This document shows positions 1 to 8,185 of a DNA stretch of 32,000 bases, one piece after another (within the stretch, counting starts at the first letter, position 1; every line of letters begins with the position of its first letter). A program made the translations under genes and the position numbers. This stretch comes from Candidatus Hermodarchaeota archaeon. GTDB lineage: Archaea; Asgardarchaeota; Heimdallarchaeia; Hodarchaeales; Hodarchaeaceae. The DNA lies in the NCBI GenBank assembly GCA_048886185.1, contig JBHLKY010000016.1, forward strand, positions 30,001 through 62,000, written 5' to 3'. The notes below the pieces were generated by a model, which was given only the letters and a program-made list of their open reading frames with translations, ran no database searches and was not told the DNA's origin.

Positions 1-1
1 C

Positions 2-1549
2 TTTTCCTTCTTCTGCCTTTAAGAATGAAGAAATGGTGTCAACTCGTGCTTTAAGCACGAGATACTTATCGTTAAGTTCGCGATTTCTTGTTTCTAATGA
101 GCTTATTTTTTCTTCAAGGTTGGATTTCTTTTGATCTATCTCTCCTACTTTTGATTTTGCTTCTTCAATTTGCTTATTATTTTCTTCTAAACTCTGGGTT
201 AATTCTTGAGATTTATTTTGTGAAGCTAAGATTTGTTCTTCCAACTCTTTCTGACGTTTTTCAAACTCATTAACGTTGTTTTGAAATGCAGTAACCATGT
301 TTTGAGAAACTTCAAAAGAAACCTGCGTTTTTGTCAATCTATCATTTTCTACTTTATGTCTACGTTCAGCATCATCGTATTCATTCTTTATGTCTTCATA
401 TTGCTGATTTTTTTGTTCTAATTCTGTTTCGATTCCTGTCCGTTGGTTTTGGGTTTCTTCGATTCTTGATTGTAGTTCTTTTTTTGATTCTTCTAATTTT
501 TCCCTCGTCTGAACTTCCTCTTCAGTTTTTCTTTCAATTTGATCAAGGCGTTCCTGAAGTTGTTTAATTCTTGTTTCATTGGATTTAATCGTTTTCTTGT
601 TATATTCTGTTTTTTCTTCTATCTTTGCTTTTTCAATATTCTTCTCTTCAGCTGAAGTCCGAATTTCAGATAGCGAAGTTTCTAACCGAATTGTATGATC
701 CTCTAAAGATCGTATCTTTTCCGTTACTTCCTCAATGTTCTCATCAATCCGTTGACGGTCATTGATCATAGTTTCTTGACTCGCTCGGATCTTTGCTATT
801 TCTTCGTCAAATTTATTAGCATTTTGCTGGTTATTGTGAAAAGCGTATGATATTAAAAGCGCTTTTAACTGTAAGATTTCATTATCAAGTTGAGTCCAGC
901 GTTCTGCATCCTCCTTTTCCTTACGTAACAATTCAACGCGCTTATGAACTTCATTCACCAATAATTGAAGTTCGTCCATTCTTCTTTGTGCTTCATCTAA
1001 CTCTACAAGAGCTGTGCTTTTTTTCTCATCAAATTGTCCCACCCCCGCTAGGTTTTCCATCAATTCTCGCCGTTGAATTGGATTCATCCCCACAATCTCC
1101 CCTACTTGCCCCTGAGCTATAATGTTGTATGAATTGACAACATCTATTCCAGCAATACGAAGTTTGTCTAGGATATCTGTACGAGTAGTACGTTTTCCAT
1201 TTAATCTGTAAGTTCCAGAACCATTCCTTTTTAATTCTCGGCTGACAATTACTTCTTCTTCTTTAAGAGGTATAGCGTAATCAGAATTATCAAAAACTAT
1301 CTCAACAATGGCCTTTTCAGCGGGTTTTTTTCCACCAATCCCATTATAAATAAGGCCAATCATTTTCTCTGCTCTCATTGACTTTTTAGATAACGCACCC
1401 AAACAAAAATTAACACCATCAATGCTATTTGATTTCCCACTACCATTAGGACCTACAATTACCGTAAATCCTTTAGCTAGGGGCATTCTAACGGTACCAG
1501 ATCCATAAGACTTCCACCCTGTCATCTTGATCTCCTTTATATGAACCAT
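2..1549 (-). CDS. smc: Chromosome segregation protein SMC, N-terminal ~516 aa (continues beyond left edge of window)
   Basis: Translated by hand from ATG at 1549: MVHIKEIKMTGWKSYG...VIVGPNGSGKSN (Walker A)...YRLNGK...YNIIAQGQV (Q-loop)...RRELMENLAGV, then a long coiled coil. The frame stays open to position 2. SD-like GAGGT lies upstream. Not in the supplied ORF track. Confidence 0.95.
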   Translation of the reverse strand, partial: MVHIKEIKMTGWKSYGSGTVRMPLAKGFTVIVGPNGSGKSNSIDGVNFCLGALSKKSMRAEKMIGLIYNGIGGKKPAEKAIVEIVFDNSDYAIPLKEEEVIVSRELKRNGSGTYRLNGKRTTRTDILDKLRIAGIDVVNSYNIIAQGQVGEIVGMNPIQRRELMENLAGVGQFDEKKSTALVELDEAQRRMDELQLLVNEVHKRVELLRKEKEDAERWTQLDNEILQLKALLISYAFHNNQQNANKFDEEIAKIRASQETMINDRQRIDENIEEVTEKIRSLEDHTIRLETSLSEIRTSAEEKNIEKAKIEEKTEYNKKTIKSNETRIKQLQERLDQIERKTEEEVQTREKLEESKKELQSRIEETQNQRTGIETELEQKNQQYEDIKNEYDDAERRHKVENDRLTKTQVSFEVSQNMVTAFQNNVNEFEKRQKELEEQILASQNKSQELTQSLEENNKQIEEAKSKVGEIDQKKSNLEEKISSLETRNRELNDKYLVLKARVDTISSFLKAEEGK

Positions 1550-1937
1550 TAATTGTACCTCGGTGTCGATTGGCAGTATTTGGATTAAAAAAGGCCTTAC
1601 AATAAGAATATGATTAGATGCAAGCCATGAAAACCATTATAATTTAATGTTTAAACAATTCTCCTAATAAGATTATGGAATTAGCATTACTACCTACATT
1701 ATAAATGTATTCAATCATTGTGGTTCAAAAGGAATAAACCTTCTTTTATAGAATACTTATCACTATTCTTTATTTTTCAACATTTTTTAAGGGAAATCCT
1801 CTTCTCCAAAAACGATTTTCAATGAATTACCAAAAACTATTGGGTGTGAATAGGTTTTTGAACTTCTCTAGGAATTACTGTTCCTTCCTGAAGACTAATT
1901 AATCCCTGATTAAGTATCTGACTTTGGTGTTAAACAG

Positions 1938-3395
1938 GTGAATGAGGTAACTCCCGCTAATACAAAGGAATATAACTTCCTCACAACCGAAGAATTGAGA
2001 GAATCAAGAACTTTAACTCAAAAGATTCGAAATGTGGTTGCTTTGGGAATTTTTGGGACAGCCAATGCCATTTTTATTGCCTTCATTATTGCTTATTTTA
2101 ATTACAGTTATTTACAGGGATTTTTAGAATTATCGGAAGATATGGCTGAAACTATTTTCAGCTATTCGATTGCTGCAGGATCAATTGGATTCTTAGGAAC
2201 TGTTATCATTGGAGGGGCATTTTCTGATGATTATCGATCTTCTTATGGATCACGTGCTCCTTATATTTTAGGAGGGAGCGTACTTGCAGGAATAATGCTC
2301 CTACTAACTCCTATCTTTGCAGGAACTGCAGATGAGGATTTAATGATAATCCTTTTTCCACTCTGCTTTTTTCTTGTATATATAGGTTTAGGATTAGCCT
2401 CTTCCCCTAATGGAGCCCTTTTATCAGAGTTATTCACTCAAGAACAGCGGGGATGGGTGGGATTGATTTTAGCTGGATTCACAATATTAGGTAGTTTAAT
2501 TGGCTTAGTTTTTTTTGATTTTTTTACAAACTTCCTATTAGACTTAGGTAATATCTTTCAACTTTCATTCTTAGCGGAGTTCAGCTTTTTTCTTCTGCCT
2601 GCGTTAATAATAATCCTGGGAGGATTTTTAGTATTCGTGTTAGTAGAAAAAGCAAATCCTCCATATCCCCCTATTGACTCTCCTATAACCGATATTTTGA
2701 ACACTCCACGTTATCTTTTAAATTTCTCTGGATCAGATTTTGGTAAAATGTTTTTTGTTCAATCTTTCTGGGGTTTTGCTAGTGAGGCTGTTGGCTTATA
2801 CTTAATTATTCATCTAGTATCAGTAGGACTTCAAGAGGCAGATGCTCCACTCGCTTTATTAATAACAGGATTGGTTTCAGCGGCTATGGCGATCCCTGCT
2901 GGATTATTCATTCAAAAATTCGGTAAAGTAAAAACTGCAATCGTTGGATCTTTAATCTATTCTATTTTCTGTTTTCTATTAGCAGGTATGGGAATTGGAA
3001 ACTATTATACTCTATTCCTAATCATTGCAGCTATTGGAGGATTTGGAGCTGTCTTTATCGAGTCTGTTCGTGCATCCTTACCTGCAGACCTCGTTCCAGA
3101 GGGAAAAGAAGCCCAATTTATGGGTATTAACAAATTCGGGTCACTCTGGACCCAACCTTTCGTAGCTATATTAGGTGGCTTTTTAGCTGCAGAAATGTTT
3201 GACCAGGAGTATTCCTTTACTGTTATTATGCTTTTATTAGCAGGAGTTGCTTCTATCATTGCAACTGTTCTTCTTTTCCTTATGACATATGAAAAGATGG
3301 TTCGTGATGAATATAAGAAATTCTATAAACGATATTTAGCCGCAAGAGGCTTTTTTGAGGAAAAAATCAATGGTATTTTGGATGCTATTTTGTAG
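1938..3395 (+). CDS. MFS transporter (GPH/MFS_2-like sugar-cation symporter)
   Basis: About 12 hydrophobic segments in two halves. Loop 2-3 motif GAFSDDYRSSYGSRAPY resembles GxxSDxxxxxxGRRxPf. Second-half motifs ASLPADLVPEGKEAQFMG. GTG start. Confidence 0.85.
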   Translation: MNEVTPANTKEYNFLTTEELRESRTLTQKIRNVVALGIFGTANAIFIAFIIAYFNYSYLQGFLELSEDMAETIFSYSIAAGSIGFLGTVIIGGAFSDDYRSSYGSRAPYILGGSVLAGIMLLLTPIFAGTADEDLMIILFPLCFFLVYIGLGLASSPNGALLSELFTQEQRGWVGLILAGFTILGSLIGLVFFDFFTNFLLDLGNIFQLSFLAEFSFFLLPALIIILGGFLVFVLVEKANPPYPPIDSPITDILNTPRYLLNFSGSDFGKMFFVQSFWGFASEAVGLYLIIHLVSVGLQEADAPLALLITGLVSAAMAIPAGLFIQKFGKVKTAIVGSLIYSIFCFLLAGMGIGNYYTLFLIIAAIGGFGAVFIESVRASLPADLVPEGKEAQFMGINKFGSLWTQPFVAILGGFLAAEMFDQEYSFTVIMLLLAGVASIIATVLLFLMTYEKMVRDEYKKFYKRYLAARGFFEEKINGILDAIL

Positions 3396-3437
3396 TTTCT
3401 TTTAATATCATCAGAATGGGATTGAAGCATTTTATAT

Positions 3438-3992
3438 TCAGTGTCTTCTTTTTTTACTTTCAACGATAAGGATTCCTAAGTGTGCGAAGGGTGATTCCAT
3501 TCCTTCACCTGATTTTGCAGAGCACAAATAATAGCCTGAAAGGTTATGTTTCTTAACAAATTTATTTGCAGATTCTGCTATTAAGTTTCTATTCTTTTCT
3601 GGTACCGTATCTAATTTATTCCCAAGTAAAACAATAGGAATATTTGGTTCATTATGTTCTCTAATCATCCTTAACCATTCAGGTAGCTCTGCAAGAGTTT
3701 GAATTCGGGAAGTGTCAAAAGCCACGAATGCTCCTGAAGAACCTTGGCAATAACCAGGAAACAAAGATCGAAATCGATCTTCCCCTGCATAATCCCAGTA
3801 AGCAATCCTTAATACTGTTTCTCCAACTTCTTGATCCATAACTAGAAAATTAATGCCAACAGTACTAACTGCTGGGATGAAATTATTTGTTTCATAACGT
3901 TTTAACAGTGTGGTTTTGCCCACTCCTCCAGGGCCTGCAACTACTACCTTAACTGTTAATGTACTTGGGTCGACAATGAATCTAGTTCCCAT
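3438..3992 (-). CDS. Ras-superfamily (Rab-like) small GTPase A
   Basis: G1 GPGGVGKT, G2 STVGINF, G3 WDYAGE, G4 NKLD, G5 CSAK. No C-terminal Cys; ends KKRRH. Confidence 0.93.
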   Translation of the reverse strand: MGTRFIVDPSTLTVKVVVAGPGGVGKTTLLKRYETNNFIPAVSTVGINFLVMDQEVGETVLRIAYWDYAGEDRFRSLFPGYCQGSSGAFVAFDTSRIQTLAELPEWLRMIREHNEPNIPIVLLGNKLDTVPEKNRNLIAESANKFVKKHNLSGYYLCSAKSGEGMESPFAHLGILIVESKKRRH

Positions 3993-3999
3993 AATGAAA

Positions 4000-4530
4000 T
4001 CATCCTTTTTGTCGTTGTTGTAGTATTATGATGGCCATTCTTTGAAATACTCGTTGTGTGTTTTCTCCCGTTACGGCACTTGTTTTAAAATATTCTGCGA
4101 TAGGATGTTTATTCCTAAATTCGTTAATTTTGAGAGGGGATGTAGAAATTCCCAAGTCAGCCTTTGTAGAAACTAGAAAATTAACACTCTCTTTCTTACG
4201 CTCTCTTTGATCATAAACTTTTATCCAATCATGTAGAGCGTCTAAAGTCTCCTCTCGCGAAGGATCAAATGCAAGAATTAAACCATCACTCTCAGATGCA
4301 TACTGAGGAAAAATCTTCTTAAAACGTGGCTCACCTCCAAAATCAAATAGATGGATTACAACTGTTGAGCCATCTGATAAAGTTAGGGTTTTGATTGTAA
4401 AGTCAAATCCCACGGTAGAATATAAACCTTTCAATGGAAATTGATTGTGAATAAACCTATGCACAAGGGTTGACTTACCAACATGTTTTTCTCCTGCAAT
4501 TACTACCTTGAGTGGTTTTTCCATTGTCAC
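4000..4530 (-). CDS. Ras-superfamily (Rab-like) small GTPase B, divergent G4/G5
   Basis: G1 GEKHVGKS, G2 STVGFDF, G3 FDFGGE, G4 TKAD, G5 TSAV. Stop is 7 nt from the start of GTPase A. The start may be the ATG at 4524 rather than the GTG at 4530. Confidence 0.9.
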   Translation of the reverse strand: MTMEKPLKVVIAGEKHVGKSTLVHRFIHNQFPLKGLYSTVGFDFTIKTLTLSDGSTVVIHLFDFGGEPRFKKIFPQYASESDGLILAFDPSREETLDALHDWIKVYDQRERKKESVNFLVSTKADLGISTSPLKINEFRNKHPIAEYFKTSAVTGENTQRVFQRMAIIILQQRQKG

Positions 4531-4548
4531 AGTTGTTTCACTTCAAAT

Positions 4549-4556
4549 ATTTATAA
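4549..4556 (-). promoter_or_regulatory. Putative TATA box for the tandem GTPase pair
   Basis: Minus strand TTATAAAT about 25 nt upstream of the ATG at 4524, inside a 119-nt intergenic gap. Confidence 0.45.
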
Positions 4557-4649
4557 CAGGAATTACTTCTAATTGAGTGGATCACTATATTGCTAATAAT
4601 CCCATCTTTTTTGTTATAACTACATTAATAATGGTAATTATTTAATAAT

Positions 4650-6047
4650 TCATTCCATATCTTCTCTCATAGGGTCTTTTGATGAAAATGTCTCATTTTT
4701 TGTTTCATGGGAGCTCTCATTATTATCAGAGGAAATCTTGTTCTTTGATGAGGAAGACCATGGTATTTGAATTTCAGAAGTTTTAATGAGATGAGCGAGT
4801 TCTTCAGCTTGAATTACGACCTTTGATAGCAAAGAAAATACCACTTCATATTTTTCATTAACCTTGCGATCAATTATAGCCAATATTTCATCTTGAAACT
4901 GTTCTAGTTGTTGTTGATACTTTTTTATGTTTGAATTTTGCTCCTCCATTATTATTTCATAATCTTGAACATTCTTCTGTAAGCCTTGTATCAAATCATC
5001 ACGAGTTTTTTGAGCCTCTGTTTTCAATTCACTAGCCAGATCAGCGATTGATTTTTGAAGTTCGCTTCCTATCTTTTTAGGCATAAAGCTAGCAGATACT
5101 TCATCGAGGATCTTTGTATCTGATTCTTTCAATGATTGTGCCGCGATAGTTAATTCAGTGCGGATATTTTCATTATAACTCTCGAGAATTCGTGAAAAAT
5201 TCTCAAAATGGGCTCTTTGATCCTCCTTAGAAAGACTCACTAATTCTTTCAGTTTTAGTTTACATTGGCTTAAGCTTTCCCGTTGTTTTTCTAAAAGAGT
5301 AGCGTGATTTTGATTATGTTGTTCAAGTTGAGTTAGTCCATCTCCAAGTAATTCAATAGTTTTCGCTAGTGTTTCAAAGTGAGCTTGAGTTTCTTCAATA
5401 TGATTCTTTAACTCTAACTGTATAGATTCTTGAGTTTGGCTCAAAGAACTTGTTTCCTTATTAATAATTTCAATTGCTTCATCCAATTCTGCTTTAAAAT
5501 CGTCTTTTTGAACTCGGTTCTGAATTTCGAGTTTTTGCTCATTAAGTACTTGTTGAATGGAAGAAATATTGTCTTTTTGGGCGTTTTGGACTACTTTAAT
5601 TTCATCAATATGGATTGAGAATTCTTCAAACCTTGTCTTAGTATTTTGTACTTCTTGATCAATACTTTCTTCTATGCCAGTTAATTGGGTCGAAGTATCC
5701 TTGAATCTTGTTGCTACATTCTGAGATTGTTGCTCAATATTATTCTTCAATTCAGTCATTTGGGTTGTGATATCCTCAAATTTTGATTTTAATTTCTGAG
5801 TTTGTTGTTCCACTTTCTCTTCTAACTTAGAGATTTGACTGTTTAATTCATTAAATCTTGTCTCTAAATTTGGTTCCAAATCTTGTAGGTGCTTTTCCCA
5901 TTTTTCAATTGCTTTGTTAGCTTGTATCAATTCGGTACTATTTTTTTTGATCATTAACTTGTTTTCTTCAACCAGTTTCGTCAAATCGATGATCTGTTGA
6001 GTAAGTTGAAGTTCAAGGTCATCTTCAGAATTAGAATTCTCGGTCAC
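4650..6047 (-). CDS. Long coiled-coil protein of unknown function
   Basis: 465 aa, E/Q/K/L-rich heptad pattern over almost the whole length, no TM segment, low-complexity S/E tail. GTG start overlaps the upstream gene. Confidence 0.85.
   Translation of the reverse strand: MTENSNSEDDLELQLTQQIIDLTKLVEENKLMIKKNSTELIQANKAIEKWEKHLQDLEPNLETRFNELNSQISKLEEKVEQQTQKLKSKFEDITTQMTELKNNIEQQSQNVATRFKDTSTQLTGIEESIDQEVQNTKTRFEEFSIHIDEIKVVQNAQKDNISSIQQVLNEQKLEIQNRVQKDDFKAELDEAIEIINKETSSLSQTQESIQLELKNHIEETQAHFETLAKTIELLGDGLTQLEQHNQNHATLLEKQRESLSQCKLKLKELVSLSKEDQRAHFENFSRILESYNENIRTELTIAAQSLKESDTKILDEVSASFMPKKIGSELQKSIADLASELKTEAQKTRDDLIQGLQKNVQDYEIIMEEQNSNIKKYQQQLEQFQDEILAIIDRKVNEKYEVVFSLLSKVVIQAEELAHLIKTSEIQIPWSSSSKNKISSDNNESSHETKNETFSSKDPMREDME
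5568..5867 (-). repeat. Four degenerate 25-aa (75-nt) tandem repeats in the coiled-coil protein
   Basis: LETRFNELNSQISKLEEKVEQQTQK / LKSKFEDITTQMTELKNNIEQQSQN / VATRFKDTSTQLTGIEESIDQEVQN / TKTRFEEFSIHIDEIK.. Confidence 0.75.
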
Positions 6048-6465
6048 TATTCATTTTCTCCTTCAAAATTACTGTTGTATCTTGGAGCGCTACTCGAATG
6101 TCTTCTAATCGGTTAACCAGTTTTGTTTCTATACTTTCTTGGCGAATAAATTCCTCTATTTCAATTTGTTTTTTCACTACGGGAAGGAATCGTTTCCAGT
6201 GGGCTGCTATCTCTTGGATATATTTAGGAGCAGCGACAATAACAATGTTTGTCTCATCATCAAGAGATTCTGTTAAAACACCCATAATATTATCATCAAT
6301 CTTTATCTCAGTAATACCAGCTTGAAGATTGGGGTGGCGTTTAACTATCAAAAGAGAGTCTGCTTTTTGTTGAATTATTGGAAAAGTTTCTTGAGGTGTT
6401 TGCAAAAAAATCCCTGTTACCGAGAAACCTTCCGCAAATTTCTCTAATATTAGGCGCAGACTCAT
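6031..6465 (-). CDS. Hypothetical alpha/beta protein with C-terminal coiled coil
   Basis: 144-aa ORF with natural composition. Its 3' end overlaps the start of the coiled-coil gene by 17 nt, suggesting translational coupling. Confidence 0.75.
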   Translation of the reverse strand: MSLRLILEKFAEGFSVTGIFLQTPQETFPIIQQKADSLLIVKRHPNLQAGITEIKIDDNIMGVLTESLDDETNIVIVAAPKYIQEIAAHWKRFLPVVKKQIEIEEFIRQESIETKLVNRLEDIRVALQDTTVILKEKMNSDREF

Positions 6466-6591
6466 TTTAAAATCCCTTGGTTAGATTGATAATAAACTTT
6501 AGAAGTATATCTAAAAGTAATGCTCTTAAAGCTTACATATTGAATGGTTCAGTAAAAAGTTCTAAAAGAATTCCCCTTAGGAAGGATTATT

Positions 6592-7299
6592 ATGAATGAA
6601 GTTACTCTAGCAGATCAACTAACAGTTATTATTCCCACATTAAATGAACAGAGTAATATCGATAGAATGATCACTCGATTACTATCACTATACCCTCAAA
6701 TCTCAATTATAATAGCCGATGATGGATCCGTGGATGGAACTACTGACATAGTTTTAAATTGGGGGACTAAAAACTCTAAAATTCGCCTTTTAGACCGAAA
6801 AAATGAAAAAATTAAAGGATTAACAATTTCGTTGGTTGATGGGCTGAAATTAACTTCAACAGAGTATTTTATGGTCATTGATTGTGATTTTCAACATCCC
6901 CCTGAAAAAATCCTAGAGGGCCTGAGGTTATTAGGAGAAGGAAAACAACTGGTAATTGGTACTCGTTCTAGTGTAGAGGGGTGGGGTTTTCGTCGTAAGC
7001 TTATTTCCTGGGGAGCAACCACACTCGGAAAAATCTCTTTATTAATGAGACGCCGACCTCGTCCAAAAGATATTATGAGCGGATTTTTTGGAGGAGAAAC
7101 GTCTTTTATAGTAGATTTAATTGACCAAAATCCCAAAACAATTTCACCAAAAGGTTACAAACTTCTTTTTGATCTTCTAAAAGTTATGCCACAGAAAGCT
7201 CAAATTGGTGAATTTCTATATGCTTTTCAAACTCGGGAAGCTGGTGAGTCAAAAATAAGTATGAAGCATATTTTGGTTTATTTCAGATCACTGTTTTAA
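6592..7299 (+). CDS. GT2 glycosyltransferase, DPM1-like (polyprenol-phosphate mannosyl/glucosyltransferase)
   Basis: IIPTLNEQSNI, DDGSVDGT, DCDFQHPP (DxD), GTR, DIMSGFF, R-x-AGESK: the motif order of the DPM1-like family. Confidence 0.9.
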   Translation: MNEVTLADQLTVIIPTLNEQSNIDRMITRLLSLYPQISIIIADDGSVDGTTDIVLNWGTKNSKIRLLDRKNEKIKGLTISLVDGLKLTSTEYFMVIDCDFQHPPEKILEGLRLLGEGKQLVIGTRSSVEGWGFRRKLISWGATTLGKISLLMRRRPRPKDIMSGFFGGETSFIVDLIDQNPKTISPKGYKLLFDLLKVMPQKAQIGEFLYAFQTREAGESKISMKHILVYFRSLF

Positions 7300-7324
7300 A
7301 AATGAGAAAAAAGAGAAGAGTTTG

Positions 7325-7957
7325 TTAATATTTCCTTGAATAGGATTGCTGAGCACGTTGTTGAGCTGCTGCACGCAAACGACTGGTAGCTTTACGACTA
7401 GTAGGGCGCTGTTTGTTGACAAATCTCATGATGTTTTCACCAAGGAGGGAAAAAGATCTTTGAATATTGACTCCAGTTTTAGCAGATGTTTCGATAAAGA
7501 AGCAATCAAAACCCTCGGGTTTAGTTAGTTTCGTAAGTCGTTCAGTGAAAATCCTCCCTTGTTCTGAAGAGACAGTATCATCAGATAATTCACGCATATC
7601 AATCTTATTAGCGACAACCACGATCGGTACTCTACCTCGGCCATTATTTGTCCACAATTCGTTTATCCATTTTGGTGTATTGAAGTAGGAATCTGGACGA
7701 GTCACGTCATAAACGAGTAAAGCTCCAACGCATCCTTTGTAATAGACTTCTCTCACGGCATCAAAGCGTTGTTGGCCTGCTAAGTCCCAAATTTGGTATC
7801 GGACGGGTTCCCCTCTGATTTCATCGTCCCGCATTGCGAAGTCTGCGCCAATGGTTAAAAGGTATTGTGCCTTAAAACCTTTCCCTAGATATCTCTCCCG
7901 AATAGCGGTTTTACCAACACCACCATCGCCAATTAATACGATTTTAAGAACTGTCAC
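7325..7957 (-). CDS. Rab-like small GTPase C with basic C-terminal extension
   Basis: G1 GDGGVGKT, TIGADF, YQIWDLAGQQRF, YYKGC, LVYDVT, NKID, ETSAK. All Rab-F-like motifs are recognisable. GTG start with GAGAG SD. Confidence 0.95.
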   Translation of the reverse strand: MTVLKIVLIGDGGVGKTAIRERYLGKGFKAQYLLTIGADFAMRDDEIRGEPVRYQIWDLAGQQRFDAVREVYYKGCVGALLVYDVTRPDSYFNTPKWINELWTNNGRGRVPIVVVANKIDMRELSDDTVSSEQGRIFTERLTKLTKPEGFDCFFIETSAKTGVNIQRSFSLLGENIMRFVNKQRPTSRKATSRLRAAAQQRAQQSYSRKY

Positions 7958-8185
7958 AAGCTATCTCTCATTTATGTTTGTTCGAGCTTCCATAGACAGG
8001 TAGTTTTATTGATGAATTTTAATATGCTTTACTCGAGAGTTTGTCCGAAGGTACCGAATTTGGTCTTTGAGAAAGTCTTAATTTTAATATCGTTTCTAAA
8101 TGAAAAAAGAATCCATCTATATCTTTTTCGACTTAAATTCATGATTTTAATCCAAAATTTTTACTTGCTTATAGTATATTAGTAT

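Noticed and set aside
43-61. 19-bp palindrome CTCGTGCTT-T-AAGCACGAG inside smc
   Set aside because: Single copy within coding sequence, no match to parS or other sites I recognise; about one such palindrome is plausible by chance in 32 kb.
88-1122. Plus-strand ORFs 88..273, 233..421, 331..567 and 847..1122
   Set aside because: Antisense shadows of the E/K/Q-rich smc gene, giving F/L/S-rich pseudo-proteins.
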